DNA from: Minisyncoccota bacterium
GTDB lineage: Bacteria > Patescibacteriota > Minisyncoccia > Phycocordibacterales > SBAW01
NCBI GenBank assembly: GCA_035510635.1
Contig: DATKGU010000006.1
Coordinates: 1-61,403, forward strand
Reading direction: 5' to 3'
DNA: 61,403 nt
The translations under genes and the position numbers were made by a program. Position 1 is the first letter of the stretch; every line of letters starts with the position of its first letter. The notes under the pieces are model-generated. The model did not search any database. It was not told the DNA's origin and saw only the letters and a program-made list of their open reading frames with translations. Shown in pieces: positions 9,001 through 15,777 of the stretch.

Positions 9001-11715
9001 CGTGTTGGCAACAGAGGGAATAATGCTGCCACTAATACCGATGTTGCCGGCAAATGTTGAAGTGCCGGTGCCGGTCACCGAGAGATTTTGGAGCGAGGTA
9101 GCGCCGTTAAAGGTGTTGGCATTGCTAAAGATATTTGCAGTGTAGGTTTTGGGGATCGTGCTTGATGCGTCGATAAATGCGTTTACAAGCGCGTTGTTGT
9201 AATAAAGATTGGTGATGCCTTGTTTCAAACCATCGGTAGTGGTTGCATACCAGTCCGAAAGATTTAATTTTGCATTGAGCGCATTTTGCAAATCGGTTTG
9301 GTTGCTGAGTGTGCCAACAATATTTCCCCACGAAGGATTGCCGGAAGCTGCAATGCCGAGGCTCGAAGTTGAAACAAGACTGTATCCTCCCGCTGCGTTG
9401 CCGAGCAAAAGTTGGCCATATACCGGCGCGGTGCTTGTGCCAGTGCCACCGTTTACAACACCTATGGTGCCAAGACCAATGACTCCCGTGCCGCCGTTGT
9501 ATGTAATGCCGTTAGCTCCGCTCAAACTACTCGAGGATATTTTATTTTCAAACGTTGCGTAGTCGGCAGGTGTTAAAAGGCCGCGCGCACCAAGCGAAGC
9601 ACTGGGGAGATTGTATGTAATAAGATTGCCGCTCGCGGTGATAGAAAAATCGTTGCCGAGAGTTGATGACGCAAGTGTTACGCTCGGGCCGCTTTGCAAT
9701 TGGCTTGCCGGACCAATCGAGGTAAATGTGCCACCACCGCCACCGATGATGCCCAAGCTCGATGTTGCAAGCAAGTTGTAGCCGCCGGTGCTATTACCAA
9801 CCAAGAGCTGGCCGTAGCTCGGCGCGGTGCCGGTGCCGGTGCCGCCGTTTGCAATGCCTATGGTACCGAGGCCAATGGCACCGGTTGCCCCGTTGTAGGT
9901 AACACCATTAGTGCCGCTCAAGCTGCTTGAAGATATTTTATTGTTAAAGGTAGTGAAGTCGGTTGAGGAAAGATAGCCGTTTGATGCGAGACCCGATTGT
10001 AAAATGCTAAATGCGCCGGTAGTTGAGTTGTATGCAAGAGGCGCAGTCGCCGAGAGTGAGCTCGGAGCCAAGAGGCCGAGTGATGTTGTCGAGACGGTGA
10101 GGACGCCTGCGTTGTTGGAGAGGCCGGTGCCAAGAAGCGATGTAAAGTAGTTGCCGGCTCCAAGACCAAACGTGGAGGCATAGAGCACACTGGTGGTTGC
10201 ATTAGTGGCAGTAACTTGTTGCAGCGTCGTTCCGCCTGTTGCCAAAAGATTAACCAACGTGGTCTGCCCTGCATCATTTACGGCAAAGAGCGTCGTCGAA
10301 GCGCTGTTGGCAATCTCAAATGCGTTTTCGTTGCCGAGGCCTACGCCCCACACGGTGAGTTTTGCATACGGCGTGGTGGTACCAATGCCAACCTGCTCAT
10401 TATTGGTGGTGAGGTGCACCACGGTGCCGGTGTCGGTCCAACCGCCCGCAGCCGATGCAGTAAAGCTCTGATAGCTCGAGCAATCGTTGGAGTACTCAAG
10501 CTGGCCGGCTATCTCGGCAAAACAACCGTTTGAGGAACCGTCGTTGGAGGCAATGCTGATAACGCCGCCGTTGCCGAGTGAGAGTGTTTGGGTCGGGTTT
10601 GCGGTGCCGACACCGAGGCGATTGTTAACGGCGTCCCATACAAACTCGGTCGAGCTCGCATCAAACGCACCGCCGGTATTAAACTGGATGGCGCCCGTAC
10701 TGCCCGCGGCATTGCCGCCGCTCGTAATGCACACGCCCGCAACGCTAAAACATCCCGAAGCTAAGTCGATGCCGTTGAGACCCGAGATACTTCCGCCCGA
10801 TATGTTTGCACCCGTTATGCTGCCACCGGTGATGACAACGTTCGAAAGACGGTCGATGATTTGCGAGAGCGCGATGTTGTTGGTGTTACCGCCGCTCGAG
10901 TACACCGGCCCCGGCGCGCTGTTGATGTTGCTAAAAATAACCTGGCGCAAATTGTTGGAGAGCTCGTTGAGCTGCGTAGTGAGAGCATCTTGAGTGACGT
11001 AGCTGCTCAAGTTTGCAATCGGAGCGGGTGCCGACTGCGGCAAAGTTTGAGTAGATGCAGGCGCTTGTTGTTGAGGAAAAGTCTGGTTGAGGCTTCCGAG
11101 CCGACCCGAGGACTTTTCAGAGACAACTGGTGCCGGAGTCGAAGTTGTCACAGCAGAAACAGGTGTCGGCGAGACAGGTTGCGCCGGAGACACTGCAACA
11201 GTTTGCGATGAGTGATTGCCAAACAAAAACGCCAACACGCTTGCAAAAAAATTATTTGAGGAGGGAACCGCCAAATTCGGCGTTTGAGGAGGAGCCGCAA
11301 AAAACGGTGACTGCACCGACGCAAGCACTGCGGCACCTTGTGACGAACCGCCAGTCTCAAGCGGACTCTCAAAAGGTGTCGCAATCCCTCCTGCGTACAC
11401 AAGCGACGCAAACAAAAATGTTCCACCAAGCACAAACGCAACACTCTTACCGGCAGCCGAATGCAAAAAACTTGCCGTGCGCAACCCTTTAGTTTTTCTA
11501 TATACCTCTTGCTCTTTTTGGCGCTCCTCGGCCAATTCTTGTGCACGGGCCATACGCGCCGAAGCGCGGGATTTTTCAAAAGCGGCAATAGATGACTCTT
11601 TTACAAACCAGGCATTATTGATTCGCTCACCCTCAAGTTTGCCTTCGCGGCAGAGTTTGCCAACATAGTCCGGAGCGCACGCAAGGCGCTTTGCCGCCTT
11701 GCGTGCAGAAAGCAT
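1..11715 (-). CDS. Giant membrane-anchored surface protein; the C-terminus lies beyond the left window edge (at least 3,905 codons). Layout: HTH_17-like N-terminus, one TM helix, P/S/T/Q-rich linker, tail-fibre-like Gly/Thr/Ser/Asn repeat modules, LVIVD-repeat beta-propeller, then more repeats.
   Basis: Hand translation of the minus strand from ATG 11715 (AGGAG just upstream) gives MLSARKAAKRLACAPDYVGKLCREGKLEGERINNAWFVKESSIAAFEKSR. A TM segment SVAFVLGGTFLFASLVYAGGIA follows. I then read more than 1,400 codons down to about 7490 without a stop, and also about 5160-3660. The LVIVD block (GKYAYVADDSHGLDVVDI, about 4228-4285) is in the same phase, with the first codon base at positions divisible by 3. 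The track lists no minus-strand ORF in that phase anywhere in 1-11715. That is only possible if the ORF opened at 11715 never meets a stop before position 1. An alternative in-frame GTG start exists at 11757. Confidence 0.85.
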   Translation of the reverse strand, partial: MLSARKAAKRLACAPDYVGKLCREGKLEGERINNAWFVKESSIAAFEKSRASARMARAQELAEERQKEQEVYRKTKGLRTASFLHSAAGKSVAFVLGGTFLFASLVYAGGIATPFESPLETGGSSQGAAVLASVQSPFFAAPPQTPNLAVPSSNNFFASVLAFLFGNHSSQTVAVSPAQPVSPTPVSAVTTSTPAPVVSEKSSGRLGSLNQTFPQQQAPASTQTLPQSAPAPIANLSSYVTQDALTTQLNELSNNLRQVIFSNINSAPGPVYSSGGNTNNIALSQIIDRLSNVVITGGSITGANISGGSISGLNGIDLASGCFSVAGVCITSGGNAAGSTGAIQFNTGGAFDASSTEFVWDAVNNRLGVGTANPTQTLSLGNGGVISIASNDGSSNGCFAEIAGQLEYSNDCSSYQSFTASAAGGWTDTGTVVHLTTNNEQVGIGTTTPYAKLTVWGVGLGNENAFEIANSASTTLFAVNDAGQTTLVNLLATGGTTLQQVTATNATTSVLYASTFGLGAGNYFTSLLGTGLSNNAGVLTVSTTSLGLLAPSSLSATAPLAYNSTTGAFSILQSGLASNGYLSSTDFTTFNNKISSSSLSGTNGVTYNGATGAIGLGTIGIANGGTGTGTAPSYGQLLVGNSTGGYNLLATSSLGIIGGGGGTFTSIGPASQLQSGPSVTLASSTLGNDFSITASGNLITYNLPSASLGARGLLTPADYATFENKISSSSLSGANGITYNGGTGVIGLGTIGVVNGGTGTSTAPVYGQLLLGNAAGGYSLVSTSSLGIAASGNPSWGNIVGTLSNQTDLQNALNAKLNLSDWYATTTDGLKQGITNLYYNNALVNAFIDASSTIPKTYTANIFSNANTFNGATSLQNLSVTGTGTSTFAGNIGISGSIIPSVANTYSLGSAANTWKDIYVGPGSLYVNGQEVLHTDASNDVVVSSDVNENLVMQTTGTANIEINPSGTGALLIKSGVTLTGGKSFNTSDSSAVLFPSGTLAGNIQISGSTISVPSLTNGGISISPNGNGGTYITNGNFGVDTTNPTQALSVNGSAYISNNLTTANITATGTLQVSGNTTLAQATTTNLAISNITSTLLKTNANGSVVPAVAGTDYQAPGGYLTSAVTSLAATYPLQVSGSTGAVTLSTNFGTTTANLYSSLQTFGAGFVSQASSTIGNGTQTGGLTIAGGATTTGALQVNGGITVNGSLKLASVTGSVQCLHVGANGIISGTGSDCGTGGGGGSSTFLGLTDVPSSYVANQVYYTNATADAVTASNNFTFDGTTLTAPTVSASTLTISGSSSFGTIIAGVWNGTPIANAYVAHNLTINGGSIDNSPIGANTPSTGVFTNATSTNLAAYQSASFGATATSSFANNGALTLSQALGIGSGGTGTSTAPSYGQLLLGNGTGGYNLISTSSLGINSATWGNISGTLASQTDLQNALNAKLNISDEIGYPFPNNATSTKLNLSGGVQVGALTGFIGGNNGTLYGIASSSLNLPNAALQNSSLTINGTTFNLGDNKTITAASSTVLTDSNTFSGNNIFTNLITGSVSGNAGTVTNGVYTTTFGNLFDNRLSASSSIAGITTLPNLASINNYSGLIAGNSGKLYQVSTSSLNASITGNAGTVTNGVYTTDTGTVTNTMLAGSIANNKLVNSSITVNGTTFNLGDNKIIPMSSTTLLTDTNTFSGVNNFTNASSNFAGTWQGLSASNFDTFAYPFIANATSSQIAFNGGFTASTILATASTTLQNFTGVNATTTNATTTSFAISNIVSGILATNANGSVRPLTVGSGLTFDGTTLTTNGIGITSIGPAGQTQNGGTQLLATSTNGTDFTITASGNTQTFNLPFASLTSNGKLSLADYATFNNKLSSSSLSGGNGINYVPSTGIITNTGVISLTATYPLQTSASTGNLTISTAFGTTTNNVFSGTNTFNAASAFTAFASFANASSSQISAATGFFNYLNATSSTATSTFAGGLAVGSNALTVLQNGTVGIGNSTPGKTLDVTGTGRFSSTLTLSGSPSCTGNQALQTDSQGNVVCGALAIANASTGGGWTTNNIGTVSLATTTDMVAVGATTTPYAKLTVLSSNTASTTLALVAASGQTANVIDIYNSTGALNSVFTSAGNFGLGSTSPAAKLGVNGNGFFAGNLTATGALNVGGNTLVATAGGNVGLGSSTPASHLAIAGGDITHVAAGNPSIAATVSEIGSAHAYGTYVSGHYAYVADYQGGLRVIDITNPAVPTTVGSNSSYIASPAADAVVVAGKYAYVADQNFGLVIFDVSNPAAPNAVGTYALSGTTQSLALSGRYLYINDFNNHAVRIIDVSNPAAPTLAGSLLPPGGTNSLPIALAISGKYLYVGDQLPAIYVVDVSNPAAPAIVGTYNNSSVVGGPAAMYVSGKYLYVADQVTGLYTLSVSNPASPALVGQYPPSHSAYYNGVQAAGTNLYVADHSGNTLVLDMSTPTAPSLVGSIASAGTPNSIFVAGKYAYVADDSHGLDVVDINGLSTPAANIGSLAANSVDVSDSLNVGQNIFAGGGLDVGAGGIFSRGGFAALGSTTLGASLMVSGSTTLQNFTALNATTTNATSTSLFASTFGLGAGSYFTSLLGAGLVNVNGALTVSTSSLSLFGTSSLSAVAPLAYNSSTGAFAISQAGLASNGYLSSTDYNTFNNKISSTSLSGGAGIGYVPSTGVITNTGVVSLAATYPLQTSASTGNLTISTAFGTTTNTGLGNNLLVYTNNSGVFIGASTSTLNIGGNANTATALQNPRTINGVSFNGTANIVIASTTLLGDSNTFSGNNTFSNLITGSVSGNAATVTTNANLTGVVTSVGNTTSFATSPTFTGTLTVPNLLATASSTFQNFTGVNATTTNATTTSFAISNIASGNLLKTTTGGALVAAVAGVDYSPAGADTFAYPFPLNATSTKLNFSGGVQVGTLAGFIGANSGTLYQIASSSLNLPNAALQNSSLTINGTAVSLGGSITVASTTLLADNNTFSGNDTFNNTITGSVSGNAATVTNGVYTGTFNGLFDPRFITDLAATTSVNSITALSNLASVGTITSGIWNGTAIGDSYIASAANWNTAYSDRITSATYPLSISSNVISTVATSSLNLTTSSFLSPNISQWTNNAGYLTSLSGAASSTLLGDTNTWSGTDIFNNLITGSISGNAGTATKLAATKTINSVAFDGSANITITAASSSLLGDFNTFSGTDYFNNPIKIGTLGGLIAGNGGLTYAVSTTSMNASITGNAGTATALASAPTKCSAGNYTLGIDVNGNAQGCTAAGTGTVTQVNTNYSMTGGGFTTSGTLAVATSSLYTGLTGGLPYFSGTNTFGAIAAGTGGYVLSMSGGIPAWVATSSINNGVTSITASAPLTGGTITTTGSIGCTTASSGVAGCLGSTAFDTFNNKQAALSTPTYPLLLTGTTLSTAFGTTTNSGMTAGNLYVGSNGVFQTSASSSIFGYTPLNPTRNVNTTYPLQGGGALTGDLTLTSAFGTTTTWGMGNNGLVMTGSTGIPFSQATSSAIAMSISGNAATVTTNANLTGVVTSVGNAASLGSFTSANLSTALTDETGTGGVAVFSASPTITGTLGAAAISATGFINTSGTTGGYQIDGNTVLYASSTTHSVQVGQGAGNTSNVNAAYNVIVGYNNGNNITTGADNVLLGGYAFGSHSNLTSGSNNISLGYDISLPSATANNQLDIGNLIYGTTVNGTGSTLSTGNIGIGTANPQAKLDVQGTASSTNLQVASVLNAFVGAGTNGLLYGIASSSLNLPNSALQNSSITINGTLFNLGDSHTITAASSTLLTDANTFSGINNFTNASSNFAGTWQNLSPSAFDTFGNNWNIVNGYLTPTTTLGIILTASSTIGNGTQAGGLTISGGATTTGNLSLPAGAQSLPSLNFGATSGYNTGIWSPGAG

Positions 11716-12190
11716 ATGCTCCTCTTGTATTCCTGTTATTTTTTTAGGCGAAATCACTTTTATTTATACGGAGAGTTCGGCTTTACTAGTATTTATTTTA
11801 ATACGAACTTCACTCTATGTATGCAAAAAACAAAACAAAAACTGTGGATAGCGTGAATAAAAAAATTAAATATAAAATTTATACAAAAGGTTTATTGCAT
11901 TGGTATACAAGCCTATAATGCTTACACAAAAAAATAAAAAATACGCAGATCAAATCAACTTGTCACCGTTTTTATTAAATAATTTTGTTTAAATTTATCT
12001 AAAAATTCGCAATAAATTGTTCAAACGAGAAACGTTACAAATAAAAGAGTAATCGCCAAGGCAATACGATATATCGCCTATTCTTAACGATATCTCGGCT
12101 AACAGAGGTACTGTTAAAACCTAAAAAGTCATCTTGTTTACATAAAAATTTTGCCCTAAATTTTTCCGGTAAAAACAAGTAACCGAGAAC

Positions 12191-12225
12191 AATAAAAATA
12201 CCCGTTTCTAATTTCTAGAACGGGC
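12191..12225 (-). terminator. Rho-independent terminator downstream of the 255-aa HTH/TM gene
   Basis: The minus strand reads CCCGTTCTAGAAATTAGAAACGGG followed by TATTTTTATTGTT. The stem is CCCGTT/AACGGG, extendable with one bulge. Confidence 0.55.
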
Positions 12226-12269
12226 TTGTAAAGCAAAATTTGACGGAAAAATAAAATGACGTCGAATGA

Positions 12270-13037
12270 TTATTTAATGCTGTATCCAACGCTTGCGCTC
12301 TGTCCCCCATCAACCGTAAGCGTAAAAAATAGATGCGCGGACAACAAACCGGCGAGTGCAAAAACAATTGCGCCGAGCACCAGCACCTCTCCGAGGCGCA
12401 CCCAAACAGGCATAGTACTCTTTTGTTTAGTTGGCACGAGCTTCATGATCGGAGCAATAGCCACAGGCTGATGCATTACCGGTCTAATACCTTCAAGCTT
12501 CACCGGTATCGGCTGCGGCTCAATTCGTTTGATAGCAACCGTATGTTCCTCTGCGCGTTCTTCTTTTTTATATTCTTCCTTACGTCCCTCTTTTATTTTT
12601 TGTACGTGCGGTATGAGCGGTCCTTCGTCGGCAATGTAACGCAAACCAGTTGCCTCGCGCGCTTCGCGTGCCGTGCGGTAAATAGGAACATCAAAACTTT
12701 TTTCTAATTCTATTTTTGTCTCTGGTTCTTCTTCTTGCTCGTCAACAACTATCGGCATCGCAATTTCTTCGGGTTCAGGCGTCTCTTCGACTACTGGGGC
12801 CTCTTCAACTACCACCACGTCTTCAACAATCTGGCGAGGGTGTGCCGGCGCTTCTTTACCGAGATAGGTTGCAAGAGATTCGGCATCCACATACCACGCA
12901 CGGCCAATTTTGCGGCCCTCCACTTTTTTAGCACGTATAAGCTGGCCGATATAGTCAGCATGATAATTATGGTCCTTCCCTGCACGACGAGTCGATATAT
13001 ACCGCTTGCCCGATATTTCTAGCTCATCCATATGCAC
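12270..13037 (-). CDS. Hypothetical protein: HTH_17-like N-terminus, acidic linker, C-terminal TM anchor
   Basis: 255-aa ORF. YISTRRAGKDHNYHADYIGQLIRAKKVEGRKIGRAWYVDAESLATYL fits the excisionase/MerR-type HTH pattern and aligns with the N-terminus of the giant protein. The middle is E/P/V-rich. A hydrophobic segment VWVRLGEVLVLGAIVFALAGLLSAHLFF lies 17 aa from the C-terminus. Confidence 0.7.
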   Translation of the reverse strand: MHMDELEISGKRYISTRRAGKDHNYHADYIGQLIRAKKVEGRKIGRAWYVDAESLATYLGKEAPAHPRQIVEDVVVVEEAPVVEETPEPEEIAMPIVVDEQEEEPETKIELEKSFDVPIYRTAREAREATGLRYIADEGPLIPHVQKIKEGRKEEYKKEERAEEHTVAIKRIEPQPIPVKLEGIRPVMHQPVAIAPIMKLVPTKQKSTMPVWVRLGEVLVLGAIVFALAGLLSAHLFFTLTVDGGQSASVGYSIK

Positions 13038-13046
13038 CTAGTATAC

Positions 13047-14441
13047 CTACGCGAGAATTTTTTGTATAGCCGAGCGCAGTGCGCCGGGATTTGCCGAGCC
13101 TTTACTCTCCTTCATACCGTGCCCTATTAAAAACTGCATAGCGGCCTCCTTGCCTGCTTTGTAGTCGGCAACAACCGTAGGGTTTGCATCGATTACTTTT
13201 TGTGCAACGACTGCCATGGAACTCTCATCGTTTTGCTGTATGAGCCCTTTTTCTTTGGCAATTTGTTCTGGATCTTCTCCGCGTAATACGTAAGGGAGTA
13301 TATCTTTTGTTGCACGAGAAGAAAGCTTACCTTCCCCGTTCATACGAACAAGAGTTGCAAACAAAGAGGCGATATTACTTTCAGTATAGAGCTTTTCTCC
13401 CGCTATATCATTGGCAATATAATTTGCGGCGAGTAAAACTAATTTTGGTTCTTTTAAAAACTTTGCCGCTGCATCAAAAAAATCTCCAACTAGTGTGTCC
13501 CGGACAAACATCTCGGCGTCCTCAGATTTGAGACCTAAGGCTATATACCGTGCACGCTTTTCCCACGGAAGTTTCCCCGAGATTTCTTGCTTTAAATGTT
13601 CTGCCGAGAACTCAGATATCTCCGAGAGCAAAAGTTTTGGCAAATCAGGGTCGGGAAAATAGCGATAATCTGCTGACCCTTCCTTTTTACGCTGACTAAA
13701 CGTGACTTGTTTTGTCTCGTCCCATCCGCGCGTTTCTTGTACTATCGTGCCACCGTCGCCCAACACCTTGGCTTGCCGAGCAAGCTCATAGGCGATAGCG
13801 CGCTCAACCGAGCGGAAGGAGTTGAGATTTTTAACTTCTACTTTGGTGCCGAGTTTTTCACTCTTACTAACCGAGATGTTAGCCTCCACGCGCATCTCGC
13901 CCTTTTCCATGTTGGCCTCCCCTGCCCCGAGATAGCGTAGGAGCAATTGGAGCTCGCGTGCAAAACGCCCCGCTGTTTCTGCATCGTGTATAACCGGCTC
14001 GGTAACCAGCTCCATGAGCGGCACGCCGCCGCGGTTGTAATCAACCAAACTTTTGTCTCCCTCGTGTTGCGAGCGCGCGGTATCCTCCTCAAGATGTATG
14101 CGCGTTATCTCAACGCCCTCGAGCGTGCCGCCCTCAACAAGTGGCCGCTTGTATTGGCTAATTTGATAGCCCTTGGGAATGTCCGGATAAAAATAACTCT
14201 TCCTATCAAACTCGGTGTAGTCGGCAAGCGTGCTGCCGAGCGCAGTGCCCACCAGGAGCACTTTGTGCACCGCCTCGCGGTTGATAACCGGGAGCGTGCC
14301 GGGGTGCGCCATGCACACCGGACAAATATTTTTGTTGGGTTCGCGCTCGTCCGCATCGTTCGCGCACGCGCAAAACATTTTTGTATGCGTCTTAAGCTCG
14401 GCATGAATCTCAAGACCTATGGTGGCTCGGTAATCGCTCAT
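13047..14441 (-). CDS. gatB: Asp-tRNA(Asn)/Glu-tRNA(Gln) amidotransferase subunit B
   Basis: 464 aa. IGLEIHAELKTHTKMFCAC and NICPVCMAHPGTLPVIN are classical GatB N-terminal motifs. A GatB/YqeY-type C-terminal tail is present. Confidence 0.97.
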   Translation of the reverse strand: MSDYRATIGLEIHAELKTHTKMFCACANDADEREPNKNICPVCMAHPGTLPVINREAVHKVLLVGTALGSTLADYTEFDRKSYFYPDIPKGYQISQYKRPLVEGGTLEGVEITRIHLEEDTARSQHEGDKSLVDYNRGGVPLMELVTEPVIHDAETAGRFARELQLLLRYLGAGEANMEKGEMRVEANISVSKSEKLGTKVEVKNLNSFRSVERAIAYELARQAKVLGDGGTIVQETRGWDETKQVTFSQRKKEGSADYRYFPDPDLPKLLLSEISEFSAEHLKQEISGKLPWEKRARYIALGLKSEDAEMFVRDTLVGDFFDAAAKFLKEPKLVLLAANYIANDIAGEKLYTESNIASLFATLVRMNGEGKLSSRATKDILPYVLRGEDPEQIAKEKGLIQQNDESSMAVVAQKVIDANPTVVADYKAGKEAAMQFLIGHGMKESKGSANPGALRSAIQKILA

Positions 14442-14445
14442 ATGC

Positions 14446-15414
14446 TTATTGTAAATGCTTCAGTAACACCTGCCGCAGGTTATCTACCAACGTATCGTCC
14501 AAGACCGAGACAAACACCGCCTCTTTGCCCTCGGCCGACATTTTAGCTATCAGGGCCGATATTTCCTTTATATCTCGGGTATCAGATTTTGTAAAAACGA
14601 TTAATTCGGGCTTCTCTACAAGGGCACCGCTCTCAAAACTTTCGAGCTCGGCTCTCACTGCTTTATAATCAGCCATGGGGTCATCTGCCTCAAGCGAGAT
14701 ACAGTGCACTATAAGGCTTGTGCGCGCGATATGCCGAAGGAACTTAAATCCGAGACCCTTCCCTTCCGAGGCGCCCTCGATAAGACCGGGGATATCCGCC
14801 AATACAAAACCGTATAATGCGCCGAGATTTGGGTCAAGCGTGGTAAACGCGTAGGAGGCAACCTTGCCCGCCGCACCTGTCACCGCATTTAAAAGTGATG
14901 TTTTGCCGGCGTTTGGCAAGCCCACCAAGCCTGCGTCGGCAATGAGCCTGAGCTCTATCTTGAGTTCGGCCTCCTCGCCCTTGCCGCCTGGTGTAAATTC
15001 CTCAGGTGTACGATTGGTCGACGACTTAAACACGGTGTTGCCTGCGCCGCCGCGCCCGCCGTGCAAAATCATTTTTGTATCTCCTTCGTGCAAAAGCTCG
15101 TATATCTCGCCCGTGTTGGTGTTGCGCACCACAGAGCCCACGGGCAAGTTGATGGTAAGGTCGTTTCCTCGCTTGCCGTGCATGTTTTGATTTTCGCCCG
15201 GGGCACCCGCGCCGGCCTCAAACTTTTTTTCTCCTCGATAGCGCGCAAGCAGGTTGATGTCGCGCACGGCGGTAACATAAACGTCGCCGCCATCGCCGCC
15301 ATTGCCCCCCGAAGGGCCGGAATATTCTTTGCCTTTTTCGTGCAGCCAGCGCACAACGCCGTCGCCGCCGTTGCCCGCGCGTGCATTAACTGTTAGTTCA
15401 TCAACGAGAGCCAC
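14446..15414 (-). CDS. obg: GTPase Obg/CgtA
   Basis: Obg-fold glycine-rich motifs ARAGNGGDGVVRW and GGNGGDGGDV; G1 GLPNAGKTSLLN; G3 DIPGLIEGA. The longest ORF (to 15561) would run through the upstream gene. GTG at 15414 gives (M)ALVDELTVNARAG, the usual Obg N-terminus, 4 nt after the upstream stop. Confidence 0.92.
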   Translation of the reverse strand: MALVDELTVNARAGNGGDGVVRWLHEKGKEYSGPSGGNGGDGGDVYVTAVRDINLLARYRGEKKFEAGAGAPGENQNMHGKRGNDLTINLPVGSVVRNTNTGEIYELLHEGDTKMILHGGRGGAGNTVFKSSTNRTPEEFTPGGKGEEAELKIELRLIADAGLVGLPNAGKTSLLNAVTGAAGKVASYAFTTLDPNLGALYGFVLADIPGLIEGASEGKGLGFKFLRHIARTSLIVHCISLEADDPMADYKAVRAELESFESGALVEKPELIVFTKSDTRDIKEISALIAKMSAEGKEAVFVSVLDDTLVDNLRQVLLKHLQ

Positions 15415-15418
15415 AGTA

Positions 15419-15760
15419 TTATTCAGACTTAAACGCCAGGTGCACCAGCCACCCGACCAGTGCAAGAATAAACGAACCTTCAAGCGCCGGGATAAAACCA
15501 TACACGTGGAAGCCTGCAATGAAGGTCGCCAAAAACCAAAAGAGGAACGCGTTGAGTACAAAGGAAAAGAGCCCGAGGGTGAGGATGTTAATAGGCAGCG
15601 TCAGGAGATGCAACACGGGTTTTACGGTAAGGCCGAGTATGCCCCAGATAACAGCCACCACGAGCGCCGTATAAAAACTCTCCACCAAAATCCCCGGCAC
15701 ATACTGCGAAACGAGGAGCAGAGTTATCGCGATAGTAATAACGTAGACAAGGGCCTTCAT
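15419..15760 (-). CDS. Small membrane protein, phage-holin-family-4 / DUF360 type
   Basis: 113 aa with four hydrophobic segments. LTLPINILTLGLFSFVLNAFLFW and GFHVYGF resemble the DUF360 pattern. Confidence 0.65.
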   Translation of the reverse strand: MKALVYVITIAITLLLVSQYVPGILVESFYTALVVAVIWGILGLTVKPVLHLLTLPINILTLGLFSFVLNAFLFWFLATFIAGFHVYGFIPALEGSFILALVGWLVHLAFKSE

Positions 15761-15777
15761 CCCTCTATCCTAATCGA

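Noticed and set aside
218-11668. About 35 ORFs of 60-223 aa listed in the track on both strands (for example 3065..3682 +, 6158..6829 +, 4249..4848 +, 3270..3854 -).
   Set aside because: All lie in phases other than the open 11.7-kb minus-strand frame. They have Val/Ala/Pro/Leu/Arg-rich shadow-frame composition and no recognisable motifs. They are artefacts of a long GC-biased repetitive gene.
11842-11850. Possible oriC: DnaA-box-like TGTGGATA(G) here and a perfect TGTGGATAA at 20868-20876, both in AT-rich spacers.
   Set aside because: There is a single box at each site, 9 kb apart, and no cluster of boxes. No dnaA, dnaN or other origin-linked genes are present, and I cannot compute GC skew. 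This is insufficient for an origin call; it is kept only as a shared-motif note.
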